Shown: one piece after another, positions 26,356-35,428 of the stretch | How positions within the stretch are numbered: position 1 is the stretch's first letter | How the letters are laid out: each line of letters starts with the position of its first letter | IMG/VR virus record: IMGVR_UViG_2791355118_000001 | Location: 1-64,000 of that record | Source: a virus | Lineage: Duplodnaviria > Caudoviricetes | Direction: 5' to 3' (one strand) | Length of the DNA stretch: 64,000 bases | Made by a program: the position numbers and the translations under genes | The notes under the pieces: generated by a model | Seen by the model: the letters and a program-made list of their open reading frames with translations, nothing else | Told to the model about the DNA's origin: nothing | Databases searched by the model: none

Positions 26356-27618
26356 GTGGCTGAAGAAGCCATCGTTTCTGCCGATCCCCTTTATCTGACT
26401 GCGCTCGCAAGCCTCGGCGCAAGCGTGCCAGAACGTCTGACGGCCTTTGTCCCCAATAACAGTATCGCCGTCCTTCCTTTCGTGAACATAAGTGGCGAGA
26501 CCGCTGAGGAGCAGTTCACCGACGGCCTGACCGAAGACATCATAACGGACCTATCAAATGTCTCGGGCTTTCTCGTCATCGCACGCAATTCAACGTTCGC
26601 ATACAAAGGCAAATCCGCTGATGTTCGTGAGATCGCTCGCGACCTAGGTGTCAAATACATACTTGAAGGTAGCGCCCGGCGATCCGACAAACGCCTTCGC
26701 ATCAATGTGCAGCTTATCGACGGTGCAGACCGGGGCAATCACGTCTGGGCCGAACGCTTTGATCGGGAACTATCTGATATTTTTGAGCTGCAAGACGAAG
26801 TTACCCGACGAGTTGTGGAAGCGATTTCCGGCAAGATAGGCGTAAAAAACATTTCTTCGCGGTCAAAGCCATCCAATCTCGAGGCCTATGACCTTTGCGT
26901 TAGGTCGCGAGGAAAATGGGACATTTCGAGATCAGACACCAATGAGGCGTCTGCTGATCTGGAGCGTGCTGTCTCGCTGGACCCAAATTATTGCGAGGCC
27001 CACAGCAATCTTGCCGTCTCACTGCTACACGGCTGGATGATTTGGGGAGGGCCGCAGATGCCCGGCCGCGCCAAGGCTCTGGTGCACGCGCGACGAGCGG
27101 TGGAAATCGACCCGGATGATTCTCACGCTCGCGCGATTCTAGCTTACGTTCAGCTTTATGAGCGCAATTGGGATGAAGCAAAGCTCCAACTAGATGCTGC
27201 GGTTCGGCTAAATCCCAACGACGCACATGCGGTTGCGTTGAAAGGTGAGCTTCAATTCTACTTAGGCAATCCGCAAGCGGCGCTGGTGGCTTGTGCGGAG
27301 GCACTGCGTTTGAATCCTCGTCCGCCGGGTGGGTATTTCTGGATCATGGGAATGGCGCAAATATCCTCCGGTCAGTACGAAGAAGCTGTAGTGTCCTTGA
27401 GCCGGGAAGAAACCTATGGGACGGGTTCGAGAGAGTCTCTGATTGCCGCGCTTGCCCTTTCCGGTCGCCTCTCTGAGGCACAGGAGGAAGCTCGTCTATT
27501 TCTTACGGTCAATCCAAATTGGAGGTTCGGTGATCTGGCGGCGAACTCACCCTTCAGAGAGGTGAGCATTGGGCAGCCATTCATTGGTGGTTGGCGTTTG
27601 GCGGGCCTACCAGAGTAG
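26356..27618 (+). CDS. TolB-like N-terminal domain + TPR protein (rhizobial adenylate-cyclase-associated type, no cyclase domain)
   Basis: SIAVLPFVNISG...F.DGLTEDIITDLS...VIARNSTF.YKG...LEGS.RR...VWAERFDR; TPRs. Confidence 0.88.
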   Translation: MAEEAIVSADPLYLTALASLGASVPERLTAFVPNNSIAVLPFVNISGETAEEQFTDGLTEDIITDLSNVSGFLVIARNSTFAYKGKSADVREIARDLGVKYILEGSARRSDKRLRINVQLIDGADRGNHVWAERFDRELSDIFELQDEVTRRVVEAISGKIGVKNISSRSKPSNLEAYDLCVRSRGKWDISRSDTNEASADLERAVSLDPNYCEAHSNLAVSLLHGWMIWGGPQMPGRAKALVHARRAVEIDPDDSHARAILAYVQLYERNWDEAKLQLDAAVRLNPNDAHAVALKGELQFYLGNPQAALVACAEALRLNPRPPGGYFWIMGMAQISSGQYEEAVVSLSREETYGTGSRESLIAALALSGRLSEAQEEARLFLTVNPNWRFGDLAANSPFREVSIGQPFIGGWRLAGLPE

Positions 27619-27719
27619 GCAACGCGGGTCCTCTCGCAAACATCGAAAAAGCGCCTCGGATAAGCTCCCGGCCTCTTCCCATTGACAGGCACTACAACAC
27701 CCGTAAACTCGAATGGTGG

Positions 27720-29093
27720 ATGAAAGTAGCTTTCGTTATGCCCGACGAAAAGCCAACGCTTACGCTTCCCCTAGTGGGCATAGACCCGCTTCTGTTAGAC
27801 GCGTTCTCGCAATATGAAGGGCCATCCCAACAAAACTCACTGAGACAAGATCGAACCTCTACCGGCGCTGGGGCGAAGATCGTCGACAGGATGGGCGCAG
27901 GACTGGAGCTCGATGCTCCGCCACACGCGCCGGTCCCAATTTTCGCATCTATCGCGGTACTTCCATTCTCCGACGTCGGGGGCGGATCGGATCACGCGTA
28001 TTTCGCCGAGGGAATATCCGAGGACATCCTGACCGAACTTTCGCGATTTAGAGGCTTGTTGGTCATCGCGAGAAATTCGTCATTCGCGTTCAAGGGTGAA
28101 AACGTCGATATCAGGGCCGTCGCAAAAGAGCTGAACGTCGACTACGTCGCGACGGGCAGTGTGCGGCGAGCGGGGAGCAGGGTCCGGGTGGCTGTTCAAC
28201 TGACCTATGCTCCTACTGGGCATGAAGTTTGGGCCGAGCGCTATGATCGCGATGTCGTAGACATATTCGCCGTGCAGGACGACATTGTCAGGACGGTTGC
28301 GGTGACGCTTGAAGCGCGCCTCGGGCAGGCAATAGCAAGTCACGCGGCCCCTCGGAGTGTTCCGACGTTGGCCGCGTATGAATGTATCCTGTTGGCGCGA
28401 AAGTACGATGAGTTGCATGATTCAGCCCGCGCCAGGCCCTTTGCAGAGAGGGCGCTCGCCCTTGATCCAAGTTCATCGCAAGCTCATTCCGCAATGAGCT
28501 ATTGTGCCTACATCGATTGGTTGCAAGAACCCGATGACGAAACCCTCGAAAAGATGGTCGCGTATGCGAATGCCGCCGTGCTGCTCGATAGGGGGGACGC
28601 TTCTGCTGAAGCACTTTTGGGCATGGCTCTGACATGTCAGCAGAAGTATGACGAAGCGGGCTCTCATCTCCAGCGCGCTCTAAGCCTTAATCCGGGTGAA
28701 ACGAAAGCGCTGGCCTATTATTCAGAGTGGCTCGTTCGCACGGGCGACGCCGAAGAGGCTCTGCGGAACATGGACGAGGCCCTTTTGCGAGACCCTATTC
28801 CGCCGCCATGGCATTGGGAGATCCGCGGAATGGCGTTCTTAGTGCTGGAAAGGTACGCCGAAGCCATTCAAGCTTTCGCCCGTCAGACGAGGCAATTCTG
28901 GTACATCGCCGCCTACCTTGCGATCTGTTTCGCTAGGCTTGGCAGGATGAATGAAGCTACAGCCGAACTGAATAAGGCGCTACAGGTTGTACCTGATCAC
29001 GAAACTCTTCGCATTCAAGTTGTGAACGAGTTTGTCAGCCAGGGCACCCGCGATAAACTTTCTTACGGGCTTTCCCTCGCCGGGCTCGACTAA
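27720..29093 (+). CDS. Second TolB-like + TPR protein
   Basis: SIAVLPFSD...YFAEGISEDILTELSRF..L.VIARNSSF; TPRs. Confidence 0.88.
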   Translation: MKVAFVMPDEKPTLTLPLVGIDPLLLDAFSQYEGPSQQNSLRQDRTSTGAGAKIVDRMGAGLELDAPPHAPVPIFASIAVLPFSDVGGGSDHAYFAEGISEDILTELSRFRGLLVIARNSSFAFKGENVDIRAVAKELNVDYVATGSVRRAGSRVRVAVQLTYAPTGHEVWAERYDRDVVDIFAVQDDIVRTVAVTLEARLGQAIASHAAPRSVPTLAAYECILLARKYDELHDSARARPFAERALALDPSSSQAHSAMSYCAYIDWLQEPDDETLEKMVAYANAAVLLDRGDASAEALLGMALTCQQKYDEAGSHLQRALSLNPGETKALAYYSEWLVRTGDAEEALRNMDEALLRDPIPPPWHWEIRGMAFLVLERYAEAIQAFARQTRQFWYIAAYLAICFARLGRMNEATAELNKALQVVPDHETLRIQVVNEFVSQGTRDKLSYGLSLAGLD

Positions 29094-29150
29094 GGCGAGG
29101 AGTCTTGCGCAACGGGACGGTCTGAGTGCCTAACCTTATCGCAGTGGGGG

Positions 29151-29522
29151 ATGCCAATGGCGATTCACGAAGAACTGCAGCGTTTCTGGGAAGCCTATGT
29201 CGCTGCCTATCGTGCCGCCGACGCTTCAGCATTAGGAGCGATGTTCACTCCCGACGCCGAGGTGCATTCGCCCTATGCACCCCCAGCTCGCGGCCGTGAT
29301 GAGATTGCGGCCCTCCATGCAGCTTGGACACAGGGCCACGGAGAAGCAGGCGACAAGACGATGAGGGTCATACAAGCAGGTATGTCGGGCGAATTGGCTT
29401 GGAGTCTCGCAAGCTATTCGGAAGGTCTTGAGACCGGAAACGGTACGTCGGTCTCTATCTTCGAGCAACAAGGCAACGGTTCGTGGCTGATACGAATGTG
29501 CTCCCTCAATAGCACCGATTGA
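29151..29522 (+). CDS. SnoaL/DUF4440 (NTF2-like) protein
   Basis: Y..AY.A.DA.AL..MFT.DA...P...GRDEI...GSWLI. Confidence 0.8.
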   Translation: MPMAIHEELQRFWEAYVAAYRAADASALGAMFTPDAEVHSPYAPPARGRDEIAALHAAWTQGHGEAGDKTMRVIQAGMSGELAWSLASYSEGLETGNGTSVSIFEQQGNGSWLIRMCSLNSTD

Positions 29523-29626
29523 CCTCTTCCCGCGAAGTGGGCGCGACCCCGCCGAGGGCGTGAATTGCCCGGATCATTGACTGCAACATTCAGGTCCTTA
29601 AGCTATCGCTAAAAGGCCGGGCGCGC

Positions 29627-30208
29627 GTGGATTGGATCATAAACTACCAAGGTATTTTGGGCCCGCTAGTTGCTCTCTTCGCGGCGTTGATCGGCTTCGG
29701 AGGAGTAATCTATTCGCAAAGGGCGCTGGCAAAGGAATCCGCTAGGCGGCGGTCGCACGAAGAGGCTCTCGCCAAAGCCGATGCCGAGGCGGACCGCCGA
29801 CAAAAGCTCGCGTCTGTCGTCAACGCAATTCTTGGCGAAGTGCAGGCACTTGGGTTGGCGCTTGCGGACGCATCGCGCTTATTGACCGCACAAATCCAGA
29901 TCGCCGAGGCTATCGCCAAGGAAAGCGGAGACAAGAAAACGCGGCCACGCATCTCCTTCCGATTCGAGACACCGATTTTCAACGCTTACGTTGCGAGCAT
30001 CGGGTTGCTTGAACCGGAAATGGCCTTCAAGGTTGCCAACTTCTACGGCCGCCTGATGTCGCTCGGAGTACATGATTCTGCGGAAGCGCCCGAAATGGTA
30101 GCGAGCTTAGCCGTGCGGGTAATGCGTTCAGTGGAGGTGACTCTATCGACAGTCCAGTCTGAGGCTGACGGCCTCGTCGATCTGCTCAAGTCCCACAAGC
30201 TCAGGTAG
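29627..30208 (+). CDS. Hypothetical protein with N-terminal TM helix and coiled coil
   Basis: Single N-terminal hydrophobic segment. Confidence 0.65.
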   Translation: MDWIINYQGILGPLVALFAALIGFGGVIYSQRALAKESARRRSHEEALAKADAEADRRQKLASVVNAILGEVQALGLALADASRLLTAQIQIAEAIAKESGDKKTRPRISFRFETPIFNAYVASIGLLEPEMAFKVANFYGRLMSLGVHDSAEAPEMVASLAVRVMRSVEVTLSTVQSEADGLVDLLKSHKLR

Positions 30209-30367
30209 CCAGAACAAATGCCTACCGATTTCTGAGATGCCCGCCGAGTCTCCGTGGTAGGGATTGTTGCCAAAACGGTTGCAAAACACACTTGACAAAA
30301 AGCCAGGGGAGCAGGCAGAAATCGCGCAGCCTGATATTGCTTTGCGATTCGGCCGGTCCCTGAAAAA

Positions 30368-30619
30368 TCAGTTGGTGTTGAAGCGGTCCGGCGATGGCTG
30401 AATGCCGGCCTCTTTCGCCACAAAGCCCACGACGTCGAGCACGTCATCAGAGCTTAGTTTCTCGATGGATTCGGCAAAGCGCCGCTTGAAATAGGTCTGG
30501 TGCTCGGCGCCGGCGTAGCGGGCCATGCCGATGGCAGCGGCGAAGGTGATCGCTTCGAGGCGCGCGCCGCCGAAGCCGGACTTCTGATGGAGGCTGGCGG
30601 CGAGGTCGTTGAGGGTCAT
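30368..30619 (-). CDS. Hypothetical phage protein
   Basis: 83 aa; preceded by a leader repeat variant and operators. Confidence 0.6.
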   Translation of the reverse strand: MTLNDLAASLHQKSGFGGARLEAITFAAAIGMARYAGAEHQTYFKRRFAESIEKLSSDDVLDVVGFVAKEAGIQPSPDRFNTN

Positions 30620-30642
30620 TGGTCGGTCGTCCGTGGCAGGGA

Positions 30643-30678
30643 GTAACCGTTCTGGTTACAAATATCTTATTCGGTTAC
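30643..30678. promoter_or_regulatory. Tandem operators in a divergent intergenic region
   Basis: GTAACCGTTCTGGTTAC 30643-30659; half-degenerate ATATCTTATTCGGTTAC 30662-30678. Confidence 0.65.
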
Positions 30679-30716
30679 ACCCCCGATGCAAGAGAAAAAG
30701 CGAGGCCCTTGCCGTT

Positions 30717-32030
30717 ATGTTTCAAGGCGTTGTGCCGAAGGAGTGCATCGCGCAAATCCTTCGCGTCTCTGAGGTCGACAAGTGGGGACGGGTCTATAAC
30801 TGCTGCTCCGGAACGTTCCGGTTCGAGCAGATCACCCTCGCCACTTTCCCCGGCGTCGAGATGCATTCCAACGACGTCAGCCTCTACTCGTCAGCCATCG
30901 CCGGCTACGTGCTGGGCAAGCCGATAGACTATGAGTTTCACGGCGCGCTCGACTTCGTGAACGAGTTCAATTTTCGGGAGCCCGATCAGCGCCTCGCCGC
31001 GTTGGCCGTCGGGTTCAATCTCGGCCGCTTCGCTGGCGGCAAGGCGAACGCCTACAAGACCAGCCATCGCGAGCACCTGGTTGAGAACTTCGGCAGCTAT
31101 GTCGAGCGCACCCTGGAGAAGGTCCGCAAGCTTCCGGGCATGATCCCGATCAAGAGCTATTCGCCGCGCGACTGGATCCTGCATCTCGAGGAGGCGATCG
31201 ACCGCAAGGCCGCGATCTTCTCCTACCCGCCGTTCTACAAAGGCGGCTACGAAAAGATGTTCGAGTTCCTGGCCGAGAACATCAAATGGGGAGCTCCCCG
31301 ATATGAGCTGTTCGACCCCAAGGCGCTGCGCGGTCTCATCGAGCGCGTGCGGCAGGCGGGCGTCCCCTACTGCATCCTCTCGGACCAGATTTACGACGAT
31401 CTGAAACCGGAGCTGGAATTCGTCTCCGGGCGCGGCCATCCGCACTACTGCTACGTGTCGACAGGCAAGTCGTCCTACCTGCAGCTCGTGCCGCGGTCGG
31501 CGCCGTTCCGCTACAAGCCGATCGACATCGACAAGATCAAGCCGGATTCGGTCGTGACGATTGGCCGGGCCGATGCCGCCCAGATGACGTTCCTCAAGGA
31601 CGTTTACCTCAAGAAGGGCATCACCCACACGCCCGGCATGGTGAACTATCTGGTGCGGGTCGACGACATGCTGGTCGGCGGCCTGATCTACAACCTCGAC
31701 AAATTCGCGAAGCGGTCGATCTACCTGCTGTCCGACTTCGCCATCTCGCGCGAGGGCAGGCTGTCAAAGCTAGTCACCAGGCTCGCCTGCAACGGCGAGC
31801 TGCTGCGCGACATGGGCAAGCGCTTCATCGACCGTTTCGACAAGGTGCAAACCTCGGCGTTCTCGGATCATCCCGTCTCGATGAAATATCGCGGCATCTT
31901 CGAGCAGACCAAGCGCGAAGAGATCGACGAGCCGGAAGGCAAGTTCCGCCTGCATTACGTCGGCGCCCGCATCGACGAGACGCCGCAACAAGCGTTCGAG
32001 TGGTGGTATGGCAAGCACTTCAAGCGTTGA
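30717..32030 (+). CDS. Divergent adenine-methyltransferase-like DNA modification protein with extra C-terminal domain
   Basis: YNCCSGTFRFE (motif I-like), IFSYPPFY (motif IV-like); coupled to the ParB-N gene before terminase. Confidence 0.6.
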   Translation: MFQGVVPKECIAQILRVSEVDKWGRVYNCCSGTFRFEQITLATFPGVEMHSNDVSLYSSAIAGYVLGKPIDYEFHGALDFVNEFNFREPDQRLAALAVGFNLGRFAGGKANAYKTSHREHLVENFGSYVERTLEKVRKLPGMIPIKSYSPRDWILHLEEAIDRKAAIFSYPPFYKGGYEKMFEFLAENIKWGAPRYELFDPKALRGLIERVRQAGVPYCILSDQIYDDLKPELEFVSGRGHPHYCYVSTGKSSYLQLVPRSAPFRYKPIDIDKIKPDSVVTIGRADAAQMTFLKDVYLKKGITHTPGMVNYLVRVDDMLVGGLIYNLDKFAKRSIYLLSDFAISREGRLSKLVTRLACNGELLRDMGKRFIDRFDKVQTSAFSDHPVSMKYRGIFEQTKREEIDEPEGKFRLHYVGARIDETPQQAFEWWYGKHFKR

Positions 32031-32748
32031 CTGGAAGGCCCTTGATATCGAGGCGCGCCAGGTTGATCCGAACACGCTCCGCCGCCGCGAGAAGAACGCG
32101 CACTACATGGCACCGGCCATGTTCAAGCGCCTTGTCGAGAACGTCAAAATCGATGGCCGCCTCACCACCACGGTCCTGGCGTGCGAGAACAAGGACGGCT
32201 CTCTCGAGATCCTGTCGGGACATCATCGCACGGCCGCGGCGATCGAGGCCGGCTTGCCGATGGTCGACGCGCTCGTGATCACCACCCCGTTGAGCGAAAA
32301 GCGCAAGGTGGCGATCCAGCTCAGCCACAACTCGATCAACGGCGAGGATGACCAGTCGCTGCTTGCCCAGCTCTACGCCTCGCTCGACATTGATGCGAAG
32401 AAGTTCTCCGGTCTCGATGACAGCGTGCTCTCTGGTGACAAGGGACCAGGTGCGACAGCGCTCGGCGGGGCGAACATCAAATACGACGAGCTGCTGTTCT
32501 CCTTCCTGCCGGAAGACCGCGTGCGTTTCGAGGTAGAGCTGGAGGCACTCGCCAAAAGGGCCAAGCGCTTCCGCATCCATGCCGCGCCGCAGTCGAAGTT
32601 CGACGAGTTCTTCGACGCCATCGTGCGCACCAAGAGCCAGCTCAACATCGTCAATTCGGGCATCGCCCTCTCGGTCATGGCGCGCCTTGCCGGCGAGCGG
32701 CTGGATCAACTCGAAGCGGAAGCGGAGGACAAATCCGATGCGGCATGA
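32008..32748 (+). CDS. ParB/Srx N-terminal domain protein
   Basis: KNAHYM...F.RLVENVK.DG...EILSGHHR..AA. Confidence 0.85.
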   Translation: MASTSSVDWKALDIEARQVDPNTLRRREKNAHYMAPAMFKRLVENVKIDGRLTTTVLACENKDGSLEILSGHHRTAAAIEAGLPMVDALVITTPLSEKRKVAIQLSHNSINGEDDQSLLAQLYASLDIDAKKFSGLDDSVLSGDKGPGATALGGANIKYDELLFSFLPEDRVRFEVELEALAKRAKRFRIHAAPQSKFDEFFDAIVRTKSQLNIVNSGIALSVMARLAGERLDQLEAEAEDKSDAA

Positions 32749-33137
32749 ACTGCCCAGCTTGCGCGGCTCGTTTCCCAAGCCCGAAGCGCCCATCGCCGGC
32801 CCGCCATTCGGCACCCCGTTTATCGTGGTGCTCGCCATCCTGTCGTTCACCTTCGTCATGTGCCTCGCACGCGTCCTCCTTCCATGATCCAGATGCATTC
32901 GTGTGTGTGTAACGTAGTGCCGGTGGTTAGCGTGGCCGCAGCGTCAAGCATTATGGGTCAGTTTGCATTTCGGCGCATGTTTGCAGACCTTATGCCCAGC
33001 AAGGCTTTGCGGCCCGATTTGACCAGCACAATCGCATTCGGTTCGGCTCGCGGCATGATGTCCATGCGTTGCGGGATGGGTGGCAAAAAAAAGAGCCATC
33101 CCGAACATTCCGAACACTCGCACGCGCGAGTCGTCCG

Positions 33138-33773
33138 GTGATCAAGACCACGACCAGCGTGACGACATCGAAGCCGAAGGCCAAGGCCAAGGCTGAAGCG
33201 GCCACAGCGAAGCCGAAAGCCGAGCCGAAAAAAAAGCCGGCGCGCGGCAAGAACAAGCCGGCCGGCAAGGCATCGCCCCCTGTGGCGCCGAAGCCTGCTC
33301 CCAAACCTGAGCCGACGCCACTGCCGAAGCCGGCGGAAGGCAACCGGGGCGGGGCATCGCCGAAGCTGACCGAGCGCGATGTGCCGCGCGTGATCGCGAT
33401 GCTGCGTCAGTGCGGCGGCATTAAGACGGTCGCGGCGGAGAAGCTGAACGTCGGCCGCACCACGCTCTACGCCTTCCTGAACGAGCATCCTGAAATCCAG
33501 GAGGCCGATTCCGAGATCGCCGACGAGCTGCTCGACGTTGCCGAGGGCCAGGTGGTGATCGCGCTTCGCTCTGGCGATTTGCAGACCGTGCGCTGGTACC
33601 TGGAGCTCAAAGGCAAGGACCGGGGCTATGTGCGCCGCGTCGAGCAGACCGGCAAGAACGGCGGTCCGGTCGAGACGCAAGCACGGGCGAACCCGAAAGA
33701 CTACACCGACGAGGAGTTGGACGTCCTGATTGCGGCAGCGCAACGACGGAAGGCCGCCGAAGCGCAAGGGTGA
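33138..33773 (+). CDS. terS: Terminase small subunit (Lys/Pro-rich N-terminus, HTH)
   Basis: AAEKLNVGRTTLY HTH; KGKDRGY; EQTGKNGGPV; directly before terL. Confidence 0.75.
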   Translation: MIKTTTSVTTSKPKAKAKAEAATAKPKAEPKKKPARGKNKPAGKASPPVAPKPAPKPEPTPLPKPAEGNRGGASPKLTERDVPRVIAMLRQCGGIKTVAAEKLNVGRTTLYAFLNEHPEIQEADSEIADELLDVAEGQVVIALRSGDLQTVRWYLELKGKDRGYVRRVEQTGKNGGPVETQARANPKDYTDEELDVLIAAAQRRKAAEAQG

Positions 33774-33778
33774 ATTGA

Positions 33779-35428
33779 ATGGCGCAGAAGTCTGCCGCCG
33801 CCCGCGCGCCGCTCATTGCCCCCGACCTCGAAGACCTGCTGATCGAGCGAGACCGGCGCAAGGCCAAGGGATCGTTCGCCGAGTTCGTTAAGATGGCCTG
33901 GCTCGAACTCGAGCCAGAGACGCCGCTGGTATGGAACTGGCACATGCAGGTGGTTTGCGACCATCTGCAAGCGCTGGTCGAGGGCAAGTTTCTCGAGCTG
34001 GGCCTCCGCAACCGCCTCGTCATCAACGTGCCGCCCGGCACATCGAAATCGCTTCTCGTCTCGGTGCTGTTGCAGGCCTGGGAATGGGGACCGGCCGGCC
34101 GGCCCGGCATGCGGTATCTGTCGACAGCGTATAACGACGGGCCGGTGAATCGCGACACCCGCAAATGCCGCGATCTGATCCTGTCGCGCTGGTACCAGGA
34201 TCGCTGGCCCGAGGTTTATCTCAGCCGAAGGGCCGAGACCTCGTTTGCCAACAACAGCACCGGCACCCGCGAGGGCGTGGCGTTTGGCTCGCTCACCTCG
34301 CAGCGTGGCGATCGCCTGATCATCGACGATCCGCACTCGACCGAGACGGCGGAATCGGCGACCGAGCGCACCGCCACAACCCGCAAGTTTCGCGAGGGCG
34401 CGCAAAACCGCCTGAACGACCAGAAGCGCAGCGTGATCATCGTCATCATGCAGCGCCTGCACGAGGCCGACGTCACCGGCGTCATCCTCGACGGCAAGAT
34501 GGATTATGTTCATCTCTGCCTGCCGATGCAGTTCGAGCCGGACCGTTGCTGCTACACCCCGGTCAAGGTTTCCAGCTCCGTCGGCGAGCCGATCCTGGCG
34601 CGCTATGACGCGAGCAAGCAACACTGGTACGGCGAGAACGACAATCTGCCAGACGAGCGTCGCGCCGAGATCGAGGCGATCAAGCTCCAGCTCGTCTGGC
34701 GGCAGGATCCTCGCACCGTCGACGGCGAGATCCTCGATCCGATCCGCTTCCCGCCTGATGAGCTGAAACAGCTCTACAACGACATGACGTCGTATGCCGT
34801 CGCGGGCCAGTATCAGCAGCGCCCAGCGCCGCGCGCCGGCGGCATGTTCCAGCGCGCCTGGTTCGAGGGGCGCATCGTCAGGGCAGCGCCGAAGGGTACG
34901 ATCTGGGTCCGCCATTGGGACTTGGCCGGGACTCGAGGCGGCACTGGCGCGCGCACCGCCGGCGTCAAGCTCGGCCGCGATCCCGAGGGCCGGTACTATG
35001 TCGGCCATGTCGTGACGCTTCGCGAGGAAGGCAAGTCGGTCCGCAAGACCATCGAGACGCAGGCCGCGCTCGACGGGAAGACGGTCCACATCAGCCTGCC
35101 GCAAGATCCTGGTCAGGCTGGCAAGGCGCAGGTGCAGGATTTCGTCGCCCAGCTCGCCGGCTACAAGGTGCATGCCGAGGGCGAGACCGGCGACAAGGTC
35201 ACGCGCGCCGAGCCGTTCGCCGCTCAATGCGAGCACGGCAACGTCTACATCGTCGAAGGTGAGTGGAACACGCTCTACCTCGACGAACTCTGCCTGTTCC
35301 CAGCCTCCAAGCTGATGGACCAGGTCGACGCATCTTCCGGAGCCTTTACGAGGCTGCTCAACATCAAGGGGGCCATGGTGATCAGCGACGACGTTCTTCG
35401 GCGCGCTGCCCAGCCGGGGCCGCGATGA
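33779..35428 (+). CDS. terL: Terminase large subunit
   Basis: INVPPGTSKS (Walker A), LIIDDPH (Walker B), IMQRLHE.D, YQQRP, WDLA, DQVDA. Confidence 0.95.
   Translation: MAQKSAAARAPLIAPDLEDLLIERDRRKAKGSFAEFVKMAWLELEPETPLVWNWHMQVVCDHLQALVEGKFLELGLRNRLVINVPPGTSKSLLVSVLLQAWEWGPAGRPGMRYLSTAYNDGPVNRDTRKCRDLILSRWYQDRWPEVYLSRRAETSFANNSTGTREGVAFGSLTSQRGDRLIIDDPHSTETAESATERTATTRKFREGAQNRLNDQKRSVIIVIMQRLHEADVTGVILDGKMDYVHLCLPMQFEPDRCCYTPVKVSSSVGEPILARYDASKQHWYGENDNLPDERRAEIEAIKLQLVWRQDPRTVDGEILDPIRFPPDELKQLYNDMTSYAVAGQYQQRPAPRAGGMFQRAWFEGRIVRAAPKGTIWVRHWDLAGTRGGTGARTAGVKLGRDPEGRYYVGHVVTLREEGKSVRKTIETQAALDGKTVHISLPQDPGQAGKAQVQDFVAQLAGYKVHAEGETGDKVTRAEPFAAQCEHGNVYIVEGEWNTLYLDELCLFPASKLMDQVDASSGAFTRLLNIKGAMVISDDVLRRAAQPGPR

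Larger units (their letters stand above)
19008..30641 (-). repeat. Dispersed 13-bp co-oriented leader repeat CCCTACCACGGAG (10 copies here, 1 variant at 2574-2586)
   Basis: Plus-strand CTCCGTGGTAGGG or variants at 19008, 21278, 21928, 22821, 22970, 23715, 25618, 25846, 30250, 30629. Confidence 0.9.

Noticed and set aside
26356-29093. Adenylate cyclases or an anti-phage TPR defence system
   Set aside because: No cyclase, nuclease or NTPase domain was recognised; only the TolB-like and TPR parts are present.
19008-30641. CRISPR array or integron attC array
   Set aside because: The repeats are only 13 bp, irregularly spaced by whole genes and non-palindromic; no cas or intI-like gene was seen.
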